From Utricularia gibba (Eukaryota > Plantae > Magnoliophyta): a stretch of DNA of 64,000 nucleotides. The notes beneath the pieces are model-generated. The model did no database searches. It was not told the DNA's origin and saw only the letters and a list, made by a program, of their open reading frames with translations. The stretch spans positions 2,170,001-2,234,000 of the forward strand of contig NEEC01000014.1 in the NCBI GenBank assembly GCA_002189035.1. The letters run 5' to 3'. The number at the start of each line of letters is the position of its first letter. Positions within the stretch are counted from its first letter, which is position 1. This document shows, one piece after another, positions 1-14,097 of this stretch. The position numbers and the translations under genes were made by a program.

Positions 1-21
1 CTTTTCATACATATGCATACA

Positions 22-24
<3 letters not shown>

Positions 25-62
<38 letters not shown>
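25..62. repeat. (AT)n microsatellite, about 19 units, in a NUP188 intron
   Basis: Direct reading of positions 25-62. Confidence 0.95.
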
Positions 63-65
<3 letters not shown>

Positions 66-140
66 TGTATATGTATGTGTGTGTGTTTCATTTCGAATTT
101 CTGTCTCTATAATCATGGTGTTTAAATTTCCGAACTTCAG

Positions 141-3100
141 GATGTCGACATCTCTATCATGTGGTATGAGGAGATGCTGGAAGAGGGAAAATTAATCCTT
201 GACATTCTCTTCCTCATTTATTACGAGTCCTTTTCAACTTGTGATGCCAAATGCTGGAAAAGATTGTTTGGATTATATGAGGTGATCATCTGGCCCTTAT
301 GTGCTTTAAGCTCTTACTATTCCAATACATTTTGCTCTTGTATTTTTTAATACAGGGGATTGTCAGTGGCTCATACCACATCCAGAAACTTGCTGTTACA
401 TCTGAAGCTGTTCGTGCAGTTTACCTTGCAAAAGTGCAGCTATTGCTTATTCTTATTGAGGCTTTGAACTTGGAAAATTTGCTTCAAATGATGCATGATA
501 ATGTTCCTCTCAGGTTTATGGCAATCGAATTTGTTTATCTCTTGTTGTTGTTATGCATGCATTTCTGTTGTTAATGGACGGGCTTTTTTTTTTTTTTTTA
601 TCTTTGTTTCAGTGAGGGTTCTATTGGCTTTTCGGAGGCTGATATTTTGCAAATGGATGCCATTGTCTCTAGCTTGAGCGCTATTCAGGCTAATGAAACT
701 GGTCCTTTGATCCTTTCATGGGTGGTATTTCTATCTCTGCTTTCATCGCTTCCTGGGGAAGAAAAACTAAAGTCTTTGATGGTTTGTGTTTTTTTTCAGA
801 AACAATATTTGATCTGCAATGAAGTGTTTCAGTTGCTAATGATTTGCTAATTTTCAGGAGTTGGAGAATATTGGTTATTCTCGTCAATCTGTTGAGGTTT
901 CATCTCTGGGGTATTTTCTAGAAATTCTGGATGGTGGTGTATTGAAATCTTCAGACGTAAGTACTGCTGCATACAATTATCGTGTGCATTTCATCTAATA
1001 ACACCATTTTATGTATTTCCCCATTTATCATTTTTGCACAACTTTTGAAACTGTAATCTTTCATACAGGGCCCTGTATCAGGTTATTGGAGTGTAATGAG
1101 GACGTTTGTATCAGCATTCTTAGCCTCCTTTGAAATCAATATCAAGGTATCTATTTGTACAGTTATAAGTGGTTGCATCTTTATTGATTCTGTATTTCTT
1201 GCAGTTCGGTGATAAAAGTTTGAAGTTAATTTTGGAGATATTGTCCAAAATCTACAGAGGGGAGGTCTGGTCGTATATTGTTATTGTCATCATAAAGCCC
1301 CCTGATTGAGTCATTAACTTCATAGATTTTTCCAGGAGTCTCTTTGTGTACAGTTTTGGGACAAGGGAAGTTACATTGATGGCCCGGTGAGGTGCCTTCT
1401 TTTCAACCTTGAGAGTGAATTTCCATTCAGAACTACAGAATTCATATGCTTGCTATCAGACGTTTGTGAAGGGGCATGGCCAGCTGAATGTGTGTAAGTT
1501 GAACCTGATTGAAGATATTTGATGCTATCCATAAATGGAAACTAATAGTCGTATGGCTGCATATTTTGAAACTTTAATTCCACAACTGCATTTTTATGAA
1601 TGCATAATTACCACAGTATTGTTATTAATAGTTCTGGGATTTATGGTTGGCATTTTTTGTTGAAACAACTAACTGTAATTAGAATGAGTAATGTAAACAT
1701 TCTTGTTTTGCTTTACTCGATTGTAACGACTCTGAATGTTATGGTGCGAATGTCAAATCATTTTCCTGTCATAGTTTAGATGCATTTACGCTATTTTTTC
1801 ATTTGCTTTCTTGTCTTCATAGAAGAATTGCAGAATTATCTTTTCACTCTGAAAGACAAAAAAAAACGTATTTAGACTGATGCCTTACCTGGAACCTTCT
1901 GAGCAGGTACAATTTCCTTGATAAGACTACCGGAATAACAACTCAATTTGAAATGAGTAATGGTTCTTCTATGGACACTGTTTCAAATATTGTTGAAACC
2001 GGCCTTCCTTTGCCTGTTCCTTGTGTTGAAGGCTTGGTAATTCCTTGTAAAACTCAAGGTCAAGTGTTGAGGATCATGAATGGAAACTGTGTGTTGGTGC
2101 GTTGGGAGGTATATTTACTTTTTGTAGTGACACAGCAACATTTCCAATCATGCGACACCACCCACTTCCTGTTGTGCTCACTTTCTTATTCCCTAACTGT
2201 GTTGCTCATTGTCTCTTTAGTACAGAGAATCAGGGGTGATTGTGCTATTGTTAAGATTGGCTCAGGGACAGTATATGCAGAATCTGGATGAGATTGTTGT
2301 GATTCTTGATCTGATTTTCCGATTGGTTGAATGTAATTTGGTAATGTGTTATATTCACTTGATTCTGATTCTGTTCCTCAGTAACTGTTAAGACGGGTGT
2401 TTGTGTCAGTTTGTATAATTTTCTGTTGATATATGTATCACATGACTTGCAATCTAGGGTGTTTGTTACTCACTCTTGGCTCCTTGGAGTTTCCTCCATG
2501 AAGAACCATATGGAGTTGGAAGACAGGAAATATGGTGGCATTTACGTCTGCAACTTGTCCTGTTTGTAGCCCTTGCCATTCATTGAGGATTCTAAGGAAT
2601 GTTTTTTGGTTTTGACTGCAGTGTTGATGTTGTAGAAATTCTTTGCACGTTGTTGAAAGGCCTCTCCATTAGTGTAAATGGCACTGTGGCAATGTCTCTG
2701 GCTATCAAGATTTTGGCAAAAATGGTTACATGGTAATCATCGCTTCCTATGTTCTCCATGATACCTAACCACCTTGGCTCTACTGTTTTTGCGTTGTCTG
2801 TAGGAACTAGGAACTACACGATTTCTTGCATTTGTTACTGTAAAAGCTGCTTATTTGGTATTCGACTGTCAAAGACACTGATTTTGATGTGTACACTATT
2901 GTTTATATTCTAATTTTGAGTGATTAAGCATTTATTTTTCGTGTATGATGATAATAGCCATGTGTGCAGCTTAGCTCTGTAACTGTCAGCCTTATATTTA
3001 TGCAATCAACCCAAATATATCAATTTTTTATTCCTTTTCATTTTGTTTTTTTTTTTCAGCTTGCCATCTCATGTAGCTTCAATGGCTGTGAGAAGCAATA

Positions 3101-6100
3101 TTTTTGATGCTGCCTTTGGATTGAACCCCTATGTTGCCAGCCACAACAGTTCATCAAGGTTAATTCGTTGCTCCTTATCGTGAGTTTACTAGTGGAATGT
3201 CATGAGTGCTGAGAAGCCAATTCAATTCACGTCACAACTTATTAGGCCCCCTTTTATTTTTTTTCCTCATTCTGTTTATTAGAGCACCATGAGATAAATA
3301 ATGATGCTCGACATCATATGCATGTTTCTTTCAGTGGATCCTGGATGCTTACGGGCAGACTTTCCAAAATGCTTTTGATAGATTGTGAGGAGAGTGACTG
3401 CTCATTGACCTTGGCAGGCATGTATTTTACCTGCCAACTTATTTTTCTTACATTCTGGGTTTCGTGCTCATAAAATTTAATTGGCATGATATTCAGCTCT
3501 TTTTTCTATTCCAAGATTTGTATCTTATTGGATTTTCCTTGATGTTGTCAACAGTCTTGGAATTTACGACAAGTCTCCTTGAAATTGGATCACAAAACGA
3601 TGTTGTACTTGCACTAGTTGTCTTCTCTCTTCAATATGTTCTTGCTAATCATGAACTCTGGACTTACAAGGTGAAGCATGCCCGTTGGAAGGTGACATTG
3701 AAGGTATCTGTTTTTTATTTTTAATCTCCTTCCAAGATTTACTTACCCAACTTTCTTCGGCGTTGTGGTATCCCAATCGTTAATCTGTTGAACATTTGAA
3801 CATACACAGTCTTGTAGGTATGTTCTTTTTTGAAGTGTAACCTTCAGATCAATGCATCTCTAGGTATTTGAAGTTGTGAAGAAATGTGTATGGTCAAGTT
3901 CACATCATCAATCTACATGGCATAGGCTTCATGATGTGCTGTTTTCAGATTCTTCCATCCACTCTGTAATCCTCCGGATAATCTGTACCACCACACCTGT
4001 ATTAGAGGTGAACAGTTTCTTTCAGTATTTTTTTTAATTTGTTTCTCATCTCTTTTTTCCATATTGCTTTTAACTTTTATTTGTAACACTAGAAACTCTC
4101 TTTTTCCCGTCTTTTTGAAACACGGGATATTGAGGGGCTGCATTCAGCTCTATTATCTGGTTTGGATGTCCTTTCAGATATGGTATCTTCTCCATATAAG
4201 GTAACCCTCACACCTATGATGTATATTTTAGATTGATTCTTACAATGCTTTTTTTCTGATCTGCGTTGAAGCACGTTTACCTGGAAATTTACTTGAATGC
4301 ACGGATTGCTTTCTTTTTCATTCTTAAAAGTTGATTCCATTCTTTATGATTTATCACAGGAAATCCATTCGGGTTTTTATTAGCATATGCTAATTTAACT
4401 TTTTTTTTTTGCATCTGCAACAAATTTTACTGTTCCAAGAACTTAAATCTTTGTAGTTTTCCTGTAAAAAGTCAATGTTTTAATTATAAATTTATTAGAA
4501 AATTTTTCAAACATCATTTTGTGAATGTATGCTTGATCTTTACTAGTTTTCCTGTGGTCGTTTTTAACTTTAATATTTGGTGGTTCGATCTATTTCAGTT
4601 GAGGAAAATATGCTTTTCTTTTCCAGGACTCACCAAGCTTTTCAGTTTTCCTTGGTACTGTTCTTTCTCCAATGAGAAAGCCGGTACCTGTGGTCACTTC
4701 TGCAATATCATATATATCCTATTTCAGGAATCATGTAAGTTATTTTTTTCTTATTATTTTTGTTATTTTGCATGCTTCTTTTGTTGAGGCATAGCTTAAG
4801 TCGCCTTATCCCTTCGCCATGCTGTTGGGCCACTCGGCATTGGATTTCTATCTTGTAAAACAAATTTGTTTCAAGCATTATTTTCAGGATTCATGCCATG
4901 ATACAATTTTTCTGGAAGTCATTTTGTGAATTATCTTGATTTCTTACAGTTGGATGTCATTTTTTCATCAGCTGATACAAATACGTTCAGCAAGGTTGCT
5001 AGCTGCATTATTGGTTGCAGAATCCTCTGAAGGCCTCATTTATAGCAATACAAATCTTGGTTTGAGTGACGTGCAGGTTGAGTTAGAGCGATGCCTCCAG
5101 TACGCTCTGTTAATTCTCCATTTGAACTAATACTATGTATTTTGATGGTGCTAGGTCTCTGGTTTCCGAAAATCTATCTGCAGGATTCTTTCAGAGAACT
5201 CACTTTGGAATGAAGATCTAGCTGTTGCTGTAATGCAGCTCTTATCTGCAGCTGCATGTCATCAGGTTGCATTATCCTTAGATTTAAATGTCATAGTTTT
5301 ACTCTTTTCCCACGCATGGCTACACCTGAATTTTTGATGTGCTCTGCTTCAATAGGAGCACTTTATATTAGGTGGCTCCCTTTACGATTGACTGTTTAAT
5401 TGAGTCTGGTTTTGTCATGGATACTTTTGCAGCCTGCGTTTCTCAATTTTGTATTTATGTCAAATGGGAGGCTTGAAGCTGAAGTACATGATATGAGCTC
5501 AAAAAAACCAAATAAATCTGAAAAGGAATCATTAGATTCCAAAGGGGAATGCATTTTTTCAGCCATTCTATTGTATCTGGAAAAATCTGAAGACCTTTTT
5601 CGTAGGTATGCAATGATTCCTTTGAAAAGTGTGTAGGATGCTCATTGTGCCCCTGTTTATATTTTTTTAATGAAAAATAAATAGACTAATTTTTTCCCTT
5701 TCAGAAAATCTAAAATCTTACTGTGCGTACTGGACTTTCTGAGGGAATTGTGGCAAGGTGCTCCTAGGTTTCACAAATCCTTGAACCTCTTAAAAGGATC
5801 AGATGGTTTCTGGAGACATTTAACATATTCTGCTGTTGTCACAAGTAACAACTATGGCAGATCACCTGATACGCTGACCGAAATGGAGCTCCAAGAAATA
5901 GCATATGGATACCAGTGTTTGTCATACACATTGGATATACTCAATTTTGAGCTCTTTCTGCAGAAGAAGTTGCTGCATGCTAAGCTAGTTGCCAAGCGAA
6001 TTTCTGGGTTTCCAAGTAATGGGACCGGGGAAACTAAGGATTCTGAAGTTACAAAGGATACGAGTCTCCATACCCTAAAGGATGTTTTTTCATCCTGGTG

Positions 6101-9100
6101 CCAAAGTTCATTATTCAAAAATCTTATCAAGGCTTGTGTCTGTTGGGAGTATGATAGGAGCACCCATTTGCAAGCGAAGGTAAGCTATGTTATGAGAATA
6201 CGTTTCTTCTCTTGTTTACTAAATTTTGTGGGTTATCTTATTTGTGTATCTTCTTTAATGTTTGAAATTTTTTTTTTTTTTGGCAGTTTTCTTCTTGTTT
6301 GGTTGCTGTGCACATCATTCTGAAAATAAGAAGGGACGAAATGGGCAGTTTGTCAATGTTCCTCATCAACATAATGACTTCTCTAGCACAGAAGGTTTGC
6401 CCATCAGTCATCTTCTCTGATTTTCCTTCCTGTTGTGCTTTACACTTCGTCCCAGTGTAAGCCTGAGCCCATTGCTTGCTTTGTCAAATGTTTTTAATCA
6501 AAATATTTGAGAATTTTCCATTTTTAAAAACCTACTTTCTCAAGCAACGGGAAAATTTTAACTGGGCCGTCACTTCTATTGGATTCGTGCAGATTTAGGT
6601 CTAGCATAGTCTAAATGGAATGAAGCATTCCACTTTTTTAATGTGTTTTAACGTGAGAGGAGTAAATTCTTTTCTTCATCCTGTTTTCTCCTCTACAGTT
6701 GTGCAAGTTACCTGCCTTCTTGGAGTTGCTGACTCAATATTCAGTACAAGGTTACAGGTATTATTCATGTCCTTTGTTGATATGCCTGTCTTGGCATGTC
6801 AACCTTATTGTTAGCCTTGATGCTTAATTGTTCTAGCATTCCTAGAGATTTGACATTGTACTATGGAGTTTGGCTCAGCATGCTCTCCTTTTTGACAGCA
6901 TTTTATGATTGTTTTTTCAGTCAGAAGCAGGAGTTAGAGAATTTGATACTTAGCGACTTGTTTTACCATATCCAGGGAGAGCTTGATGGCCGTCAAATTG
7001 ACAATAAACTATTTAAAGAGTTGATGCAGTTCTTAATAGATTCAGATCCCTTTGCTGCTTATTATAAATACAGCCAAGATAATCTTTTCCCCGATATGAA
7101 TTGTTCAAAATTGTATGATCTTGTTCAACTTAAAACTGATATGGGATTCAAAATGTGGGATCGTTTGAAATGGAAAGAATCTGAGGAGGTTGGAGAAACT
7201 ATGCTTCTTCTTTTACAGCATGAAAACTCAACAATTTTATGCACACGATCCAAGCTCCAGGCTATAAGAGGCCTAATTAACATGCTGCATATGACTGAAG
7301 GCGAGGTGAATAAACCTAATTTCCTTAATTACCAACATGTTATAGAAATTTACTCTTGTTTCTTTCTAGTTACTAGTTTATTATTTGGATAGCATTCTGA
7401 TTATTTGTTTTTGTTTGTTACTCACAAATTGATTATCTGAGTATCAATTAACATGAAAGACAGTACAAAGCATCGTTGCATAATGCATGCCACCACATCC
7501 TGAACTAGGTTTTGCAGATGACATGTATTGTGGTTTGTCAAGTCACTCAGTAGCCACATCTCAGTCTCTAAAGAGAAATATTGATTAACTTCCCATGATC
7601 TTTAAATCTCACCGTGTAGGTAAAAATTGATGGTTTTCCCAAGGTGCCTGAAGAAGTGGGTTTGGATTGTATCGACCATGTATGCCAGTGTCTTCGTGCC
7701 ACACTGGAATCTCAAACTTCTGATATTGACGTTCTTGGAGATGTGATTGATATCCTTGAGGCTCAAGCGGAGCTGCTGCTAGTCCTCATGAAAAATGTTA
7801 GTACTAATATTTCTCCTAGTGCTTGTCGTAATGTCTTGAGCGCTTCAGGTTCTTGTCTCAAAGTACTATGCAGCTGCCGGCCATCAACTTCCTTGGGAAA
7901 AGCAATTGAGATTTTGCTTATTCTGATCATCACTTCAGCCGAGTTAGTAGGAAAGGACTTGCATTCTGAAGAAGCAGCCCGCATTGAATTTATTGATAGC
8001 TCTACTCAGATGTCTAGTACGAGCTTAGGGTTGTTACCTGTTCTTTGTGTTTGCATCTCCCGGACAGATTCTCTCGCTCTATCCTTGGCAGCTATTGATA
8101 TGATTTTGAAGGGATTCTCAAGGCCTTTTACCTGGTTCCCTATTTTACAAAGACATCTTCCTCTGCAGTTCATCGTTAATAAGCTTCAAGAGGAACCTTC
8201 CCCAAGGTTATCTCTGTGATATTGAAGTTTCTATTGAATATTGCCCGTATACGTCAAGGTGCTGAAAGTCTCTTGAATGTTGGCATCCTCGAATATTTGA
8301 GAGTACTATTGGGCAGATTTGATGGGCAGCCAGCCTCATCCATTGGCACAGAGAGTGTCTCAGATACAACTGTGAACCCTCAGTCAGTATGGGGCCTCTG
8401 CTTGGCTGTTCTAACTGCAGTTGTTCAGTCTTCTGGCGATAGTTCCTCTTCAGCCATCATTGTTGATTTCATAATGGCCGGTATGTTGGTTGATAAAACT
8501 CCTCTGGTTTCTCACTACTCTTGTGATTATTCCTCAGATGGTGACAATGGTAGAAGGGTCCGTGCATTGTTACCAAGAATTTCTTTAAATGATTTAAAAG
8601 AAACGCAAAATGCTTGGGCCTTGATATGTGTCCTTGCAAGAGATTGGAATTCCTGGAAAAGAGTCACGCAGAATATGGAGTCTCAGTTGAGAGAAAAGAG
8701 CATTCATTTGTTAGCCTTGATAGGCAAGGTTGCTCACCGAGTGGGAGATTCTACCAGAAGAGATTCTCCTTTATCATTCAGTCCTGTTCTCAAAGAAGAG
8801 TTTGAATGCTACAAGAAACCATCATTCATCAAAAGCCAGAATGGCTGGTTTGCATTATCAGCTCTTAGCTGCAAGTTAGATGCTAAGTTGCTGCCCTTGT
8901 CTTACAGTATGACTGCTCTCATCTCTAGAGATCAGTTGAATGACATTTCAAAACCAGCTCCACATACTCATTTTTCAGATTTGATTTCCATTGAAATATA
9001 CAAGATAGGTTTTCTTCTACTCAAATTTTTATGCACGCAGACTGAAATCGCTGCTCACAAGGCAGAGGACAACGGCTTTGTTGACCTTGCGCATTTCCCT

Positions 9101-9804
9101 GAGCTACCAATGCCAGATATATTGCATGGCTTGCAGGTGTGAAGTTACATGGAAAAATCTTGCGTTCTTTAGATTCTTTTAATGTTGCCACCTTTGAGAA
9201 TCTATTATTGTCTTCAAAATGTCAAACATGCCCTCCGTTGAAGGTTATCAGATCATGAGGATGTTTTTGAGTGGGAATTTGACCAGTCTTAGTTTCATTG
9301 TGGTTGCCTTTTCATGAAAAAAAAAAAAAAAATTGTTGGTACCACTTTATTTCAAATTCGCAAAAACATGCTCCTTTATTCACTCTTTGAGATCTTGGCT
9401 AATCTTGGTTTACACGTTAGGATCAAGGTATATTGATAATCACCGAGCTATGTGCATCAGCCAAACAGATGAATGACCAAACACAGGAGCTGTGCCTTCT
9501 GCTATGGCATATAACCATGATGTCGCTGTACTTGGAGTATTGTGTCATACAAATATGTGGCATAAGACCTGTACTTGGACGTGTCGAGATGCTCGTGAAG
9601 GAACTCCGGCTTATCTTTCAAGGTACTAGCTCAAGGGTTTCTTTTGATCTGGCTGAGTAGTGTTTTCCCCTGCATTAATTGACCTCCTACTGCATTGCAA
9701 CAGCGGCAGAGGGCCACGGCTTCCTGAAAGAGCCCCTTAACTCGCTCAAGCAAATTGTATGTTTCGTGTACCCAGAGCTACTACACCATGAAGCTTTGTT
9801 CTGA
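141..9804 (+). CDS. NUP188: Nuclear pore complex protein NUP188 homolog, multi-exon, 5' part outside the window; apparent one-base frameshift at about 8200
   Basis: Spliced exons translate continuously: 141-281 DVDISIMWYEEMLEEGKLILDILFLIYYE, ESLCVQFWDKGSYIDGPVRCLLFNLESEFPFRT, ... FPELPMPDILHGLQ|DQG..., last exon 9704-9804 ending FVYPELLHHEALF*. Motifs recognised as plant NUP188 (Arabidopsis At4g38760-like, from memory). One GC-AG intron at 3418. Confidence 0.88.
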
Positions 9805-10198
9805 ACTATGATTCCAAAAACCAAGGAACGTCACCCAATTTTGAAGGAAGTGACCAGGAGTTGTCTTGGAAAAGGTAGGAAGTGATGCTATTGTAGACTG
9901 TGTCTATAGTTTATGGGCTGTTCTTTCGTAAGTTAATGGTTTTTTTTATGTATTTTCACTGCGTGTACCATTTTGTTGCGTTAATACCGTTTTAGGTGTT
10001 TTTTAATTTATTTTATTTCGCACAAAAGAAGGGTCCACCCCCGGGATCCAGGTGGACGGCCGGAGGCCGGCGACGGTTGTTGGGATTGTTCTGAGAAAAC
10101 GGAATAATAAATTGTGGCTTATTCGTCCCCAAATATATGTTTCGAAGGGCTTCTTTGACATGGCGCGCGAGTTTGGATAATTTAAACTGGTGATCGAT

Positions 10199-10602
10199 CC
10201 TAGGGTTTCTTTGACATGACGACCGGCGGCGAGTCCCCAGGCCTATCATTATGGAACACCATGGAGACCGCCGAGAATTCTCGCGCGCCCTGCACCGGAG
10301 AAAAAAGGCGTCGGCTGATCTAGCATACCTCTTTACAACAACGGATCCGCTTTCCACCGCGTGTATCCCAATTTCATGTGCGAGGAGGGGCATTTTCACC
10401 GCCGGGAACGGCTCTGTAGGCGAGTCGAGGGATGCCTTCATCTGCACTTAAAAGAGAGATGCAGACCGGCGGAATGACCAGGACGCAGTGTTTGGTCGGT
10501 CAGGTTATCTAGGGATCCGATGTCATCAAGGCCATACAGAAGGCTGGATGTAGCAGTTGAAAGACCTCGAAGCCTGTGGTGACTTGTGGTCGGATTTGCT
10601 AA
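10199..10602 (+). pseudogene. Intronless cytosolic cyclophilin (PPIase, ROC1/ROC3/ROC5-type) pseudogene
   Basis: Manual translation across frameshifts gives PRV(F)[95 protein letters not shown], collinear with the cyclophilin consensus ([53 protein letters not shown]). In-frame stops, frameshifts and an internal deletion. Confidence 0.9.
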
Positions 10603-10817
10603 ATCTATCGTCCGATGCTAGCATGGATTTGTTCAATAGCCACTGATACCTACAATGTTGTTGCTGCATTGAGCCTCGTTTCCAATGTGAAGACTACAAA
10701 AATGGGTCAAATTTTACTTCAAGGTCTCTCATCACAAGGTCATCATCTACGGAGCAAAAGCAAGTGTGTGGAGCACTTACATGGAGAAAACCAACAACCG
10801 CCTGCATGATATTCATG

Positions 10818-11309
10818 TTACTTCTGCCAGAAATTGATGATATCGGTTGCCTGATTGAGCAAAATCACCTTCTGCCTTTGGGGAATCCAGGGCTTGCTAT
10901 CCAGCATCGTCTTCAGCTCTTCCCAGGCATCTTTTCTTGGCCAAAAGTAGTAGGGGCTCAGAGGAATTGTTCCCTGTCCTCCAGGAATCACTTGGTCTAA
11001 TGCAATCCCAATGTTCTTCTCCATCCAAACGAATTTCAGCATCAACCTCGGCCTCTCCACCGGCTTCACTACCACTCTTAGCTTCTCCTTTTTTGCTTCG
11101 ATTCCCCCATCTTTTTCATCCAAAACGGAAGAAGCAGCAGCAGAAACCCCTAATTTGCGTGTTTTTCTGTCGGTCCTACGTAGCAGCGTGAAATCAAATG
11201 AAGTTCTCAATGGCTCTGAAGCAATATTTTTGAAGCCAGATTCTCTGAGAAGAGGAATCGCAGGGCGATTGGGCGAGACCTGCGCAACAGCGGGGAAGAA
11301 TAACGCCAT
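10818..11309 (-). CDS. PSRP3: Plastid-specific 30S ribosomal protein 3 (Ycf65 family) with transit peptide, intronless, 163 aa
   Basis: Motifs [47 protein letters not shown]. Confidence 0.95.
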   Translation of the reverse strand: MALFFPAVAQVSPNRPAIPLLRESGFKNIASEPLRTSFDFTLLRRTDRKTRKLGVSAAASSVLDEKDGGIEAKKEKLRVVVKPVERPRLMLKFVWMEKNIGIALDQVIPGGQGTIPLSPYYFWPRKDAWEELKTMLDSKPWIPQRQKVILLNQATDIINFWQK

Positions 11310-12257
11310 GGTTCATTCACCTCTTGGAGAAGATGAAATCAAATAAATACCGCCGAAAATGGGCCGCAATCTGGGTAATTGCCTAATAAGAAAGCCCATA
11401 TTATGTGGGCGCCGTCCGCTTCCAGGCTTGAGGCTCGACTTGCAAGTTGCTATGGTGATCACCCTTCGTTATCTTTCCATCTAGGCATCTGACACGACAT
11501 TCTGAATGGTCGGTTTGTGTAGCTTTCTACCGTTGGAATTCAACGCTGGAAGGCGCACCAGTAACTTCATCAACCAAGGGTAACCCCCATTCTCTTCGAA
11601 GTGTTTTCTCAATCCATAAAGTGAAATTTGAATCAGCTGATGAGCAAGAGAAATCCGGATCTCACATCGGGGACCAAGAGACGTGGTCGTTGATAAGCGT
11701 GTGGTACAGCCTTCAGTCCAGATGAGCAAGACTCGGTGGAATCCGATCTGGGGCAGTAGCCGAGTCAAGGTAGCGTTTAGTGTTCCGCCGCTGGGCCCAG
11801 AAACCGCGGATGATACGCATACAGCCAATCGTTTAGATCACCATCATGTTGTAAGAAAAGTCTTAGACTGCATCTCCCGTGCTGCTGCAAAACATTTGTT
11901 ACCTTTTCTTTCCACGGCGTTTTCTCTACCCCGACAGGCTGTCCTTAATCGCGGAATAGTTGACGCTCTAAGGGAAGGATTTTGATAACCGGCGTCTCCG
12001 CTCAAGTTGTGGAATTTTGTGTTGCTGGTATTTTCGCCTTTTGGGCGGCGTTGGCGGGAATAAGGATTTGCTTGCAACTTGTATCGTGCGCTGTGGCTTT
12101 AATTGAACTCCCTACGAGTTTTGTGTTTCTGGTATTTTCGCCATTTGGTCAGTGGGTTCTGGCCAGTGTTTGAGTTATCAAGTAATCGAGATTTAAATCG
12201 TATAAAGGGATACGGATTAGGCGGTCTATTGCAGAACGGGTTATTCCTCCCGCGGTG

Positions 12258-14097
12258 ATGGCGGTCTCCGATAACACGAGAGGCTTACTTTTGGCGTTGT
12301 TGTCGGGTTTGTTTATTGGGACCAGTTTCATTCTGAAGAAGAAGGGTCTACGCCGCGCTGCTGCCGCTGGTACAAGGGCAGGTAACCTAGCTGTATTGAC
12401 CCTAATTATTTTCTGTTCTCTAGGATCTTTTTCTATTTGATTGGACAGGAGATGTGTTGAAACCAATAACCTAGCTGTATTGAATCTCTTAATATCAATA
12501 AAGCTAAAAACTTCAGAGTATTTTTTAAATTTGTTCTGAAATTAATATCCCAGAGAATAGCATCTTGGCGGTAGTTGATGCGACTATTTATGCAGGCTAT
12601 GGAGGCTACACTTACTTGCTAGAACCTTTATGGTGGGCTGGGATGACCACCAGTAAGTTGTGATGCACACTTAGTTCTTCTCTGGATTAGAGTGGGAGTG
12701 TCTTTTATTGTAATTCTTCTCTATCTTCACAGTGCTTCTTGGAGAAGCTGCCAATTTTGTTGCGTATATTTATGCACCTGCCGTTCTTGTTACCCCTCTT
12801 GGTGCGTTGACTATAATTGTCAGGTAAATGTATCACCTTCTGAACCATAGATCTGTCCATTAAAGTATTTTTCCTACTAGAGTGACTAGAAAGCTAATTA
12901 TTTTACAAATACGAATAGTGCTGTATTAGCACATTTCATGTTGAAGGAACGGCTGCGGCGGATGGGTGTCCTTGGGTGTCTCTCTTGCATTGTTGGATCT
13001 GTAGTTATAGTCATTCATGCTCCTCAAGAACATATCCCAAATTCTGTCAAAGAGGTTTGGGATTTGGCTACTCAGCCAGGTTAATCTCTATTCTGTCTTA
13101 CCTTTTTTTCCAGAATTAATGCGCTGCATCCTGCTCACTTTTTTGTCGAATGATTAACCTCTTCTGCTGGTCTTTTTTCATGGAATTTTTTTTTTCATTT
13201 TCATGTGCATGTAGCATTTCTGATCTATGCCGGAGCTACACTATCCCTGGTGCTAGTCTTGGTGCTTCATTTTGAACCTCTCCATGGGCAGACAAATGTC
13301 CTTGTTTACCTTGGTGTTTGTTCCTTGACTGGTGCAATCACGGTACTTAATTCTGTCTCATGTATGATCATAGTTTCATGCATCAAGACGTAGATGCACC
13401 TGGGATCTTCATTGCATGTTAATCTTGAAGGTCGTGAGTATCAAGGCCATCGGAATCGCCATTAAACTTACCTTGGAGGGGATCAATCAGTTCATCTATG
13501 CACATACTTGGTTCTTTCTATCCGTTTCTGTGGTTTGTATCCTCATACAGCTGATTTATTTGAACAAGGTAGCCATTTCAACCCTGGAAAATACCATTTG
13601 TTTATACTCCGATTGGCCATTTACCAGAGCCTGTTTATCTGCTAGGCTCTCGACACCTTCAATGCCGCCATAGTTTCTCCCATATACTACGTCATGTTCA
13701 CAACTCTTACCATAACCGCAAGTGCCATTATGTTCAAGGTAAGCATATTTTTCTTGAAGAGTCGCTCTACTCCAGCTGGATCATCATCAGACTTCTCTTT
13801 GCATAGGATTGGTCTCATCAAGATGCAAGCAGCATAACCTCTGAAATTTGTGGATTCATAACCGTGGTTTCCGGGACAATCCTACTTCATACGACAAGAG
13901 ACATGGAGTCTTCTGCTTCAATAGGTAGGAAGGAGCAAAGGGTCAAAATATTGTTCCTGGTCCCCTTCTGACTACTCATTATCTTTACAGGAAACATAAC
14001 TTGGTACGACGGAGATTCGATGAAGGGCCTTGAAGAGGCTCATTTCATCGCGTTGAACAGCTCAGACTGCTTCGACACACGATTGAGTGAAGTCTGA
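12258..14097 (+). CDS. NIPA: NIPA-family (DUF803) probable magnesium transporter, 9 exons, intact
   Basis: Exons 12258-12381, 12596-12653, 12733-12823, 12918-13079, 13214-13341, 13431-13569, 13646-13738, 13807-13924, 13990-14097; motifs FIGTSFILKKKGLRRA, YLLEPLWWAGM, YAPAVLVTPLGAL, ALDTFNAAIVSPIYYVMFTT. Confidence 0.93.

Noticed and set aside
10013-10447. 144-aa minus-strand ORF in the track
   Set aside because: It is the antisense of the cyclophilin pseudogene; no recognisable family.
11480-12150. Several 60-115 aa ORFs and a roughly 28-nt direct repeat (about 12011-12040 and 12115-12144) between PSRP3 and NIPA
   Set aside because: No recognisable motifs or consistent splice structure; best explained as a divergent promoter and UTR region.
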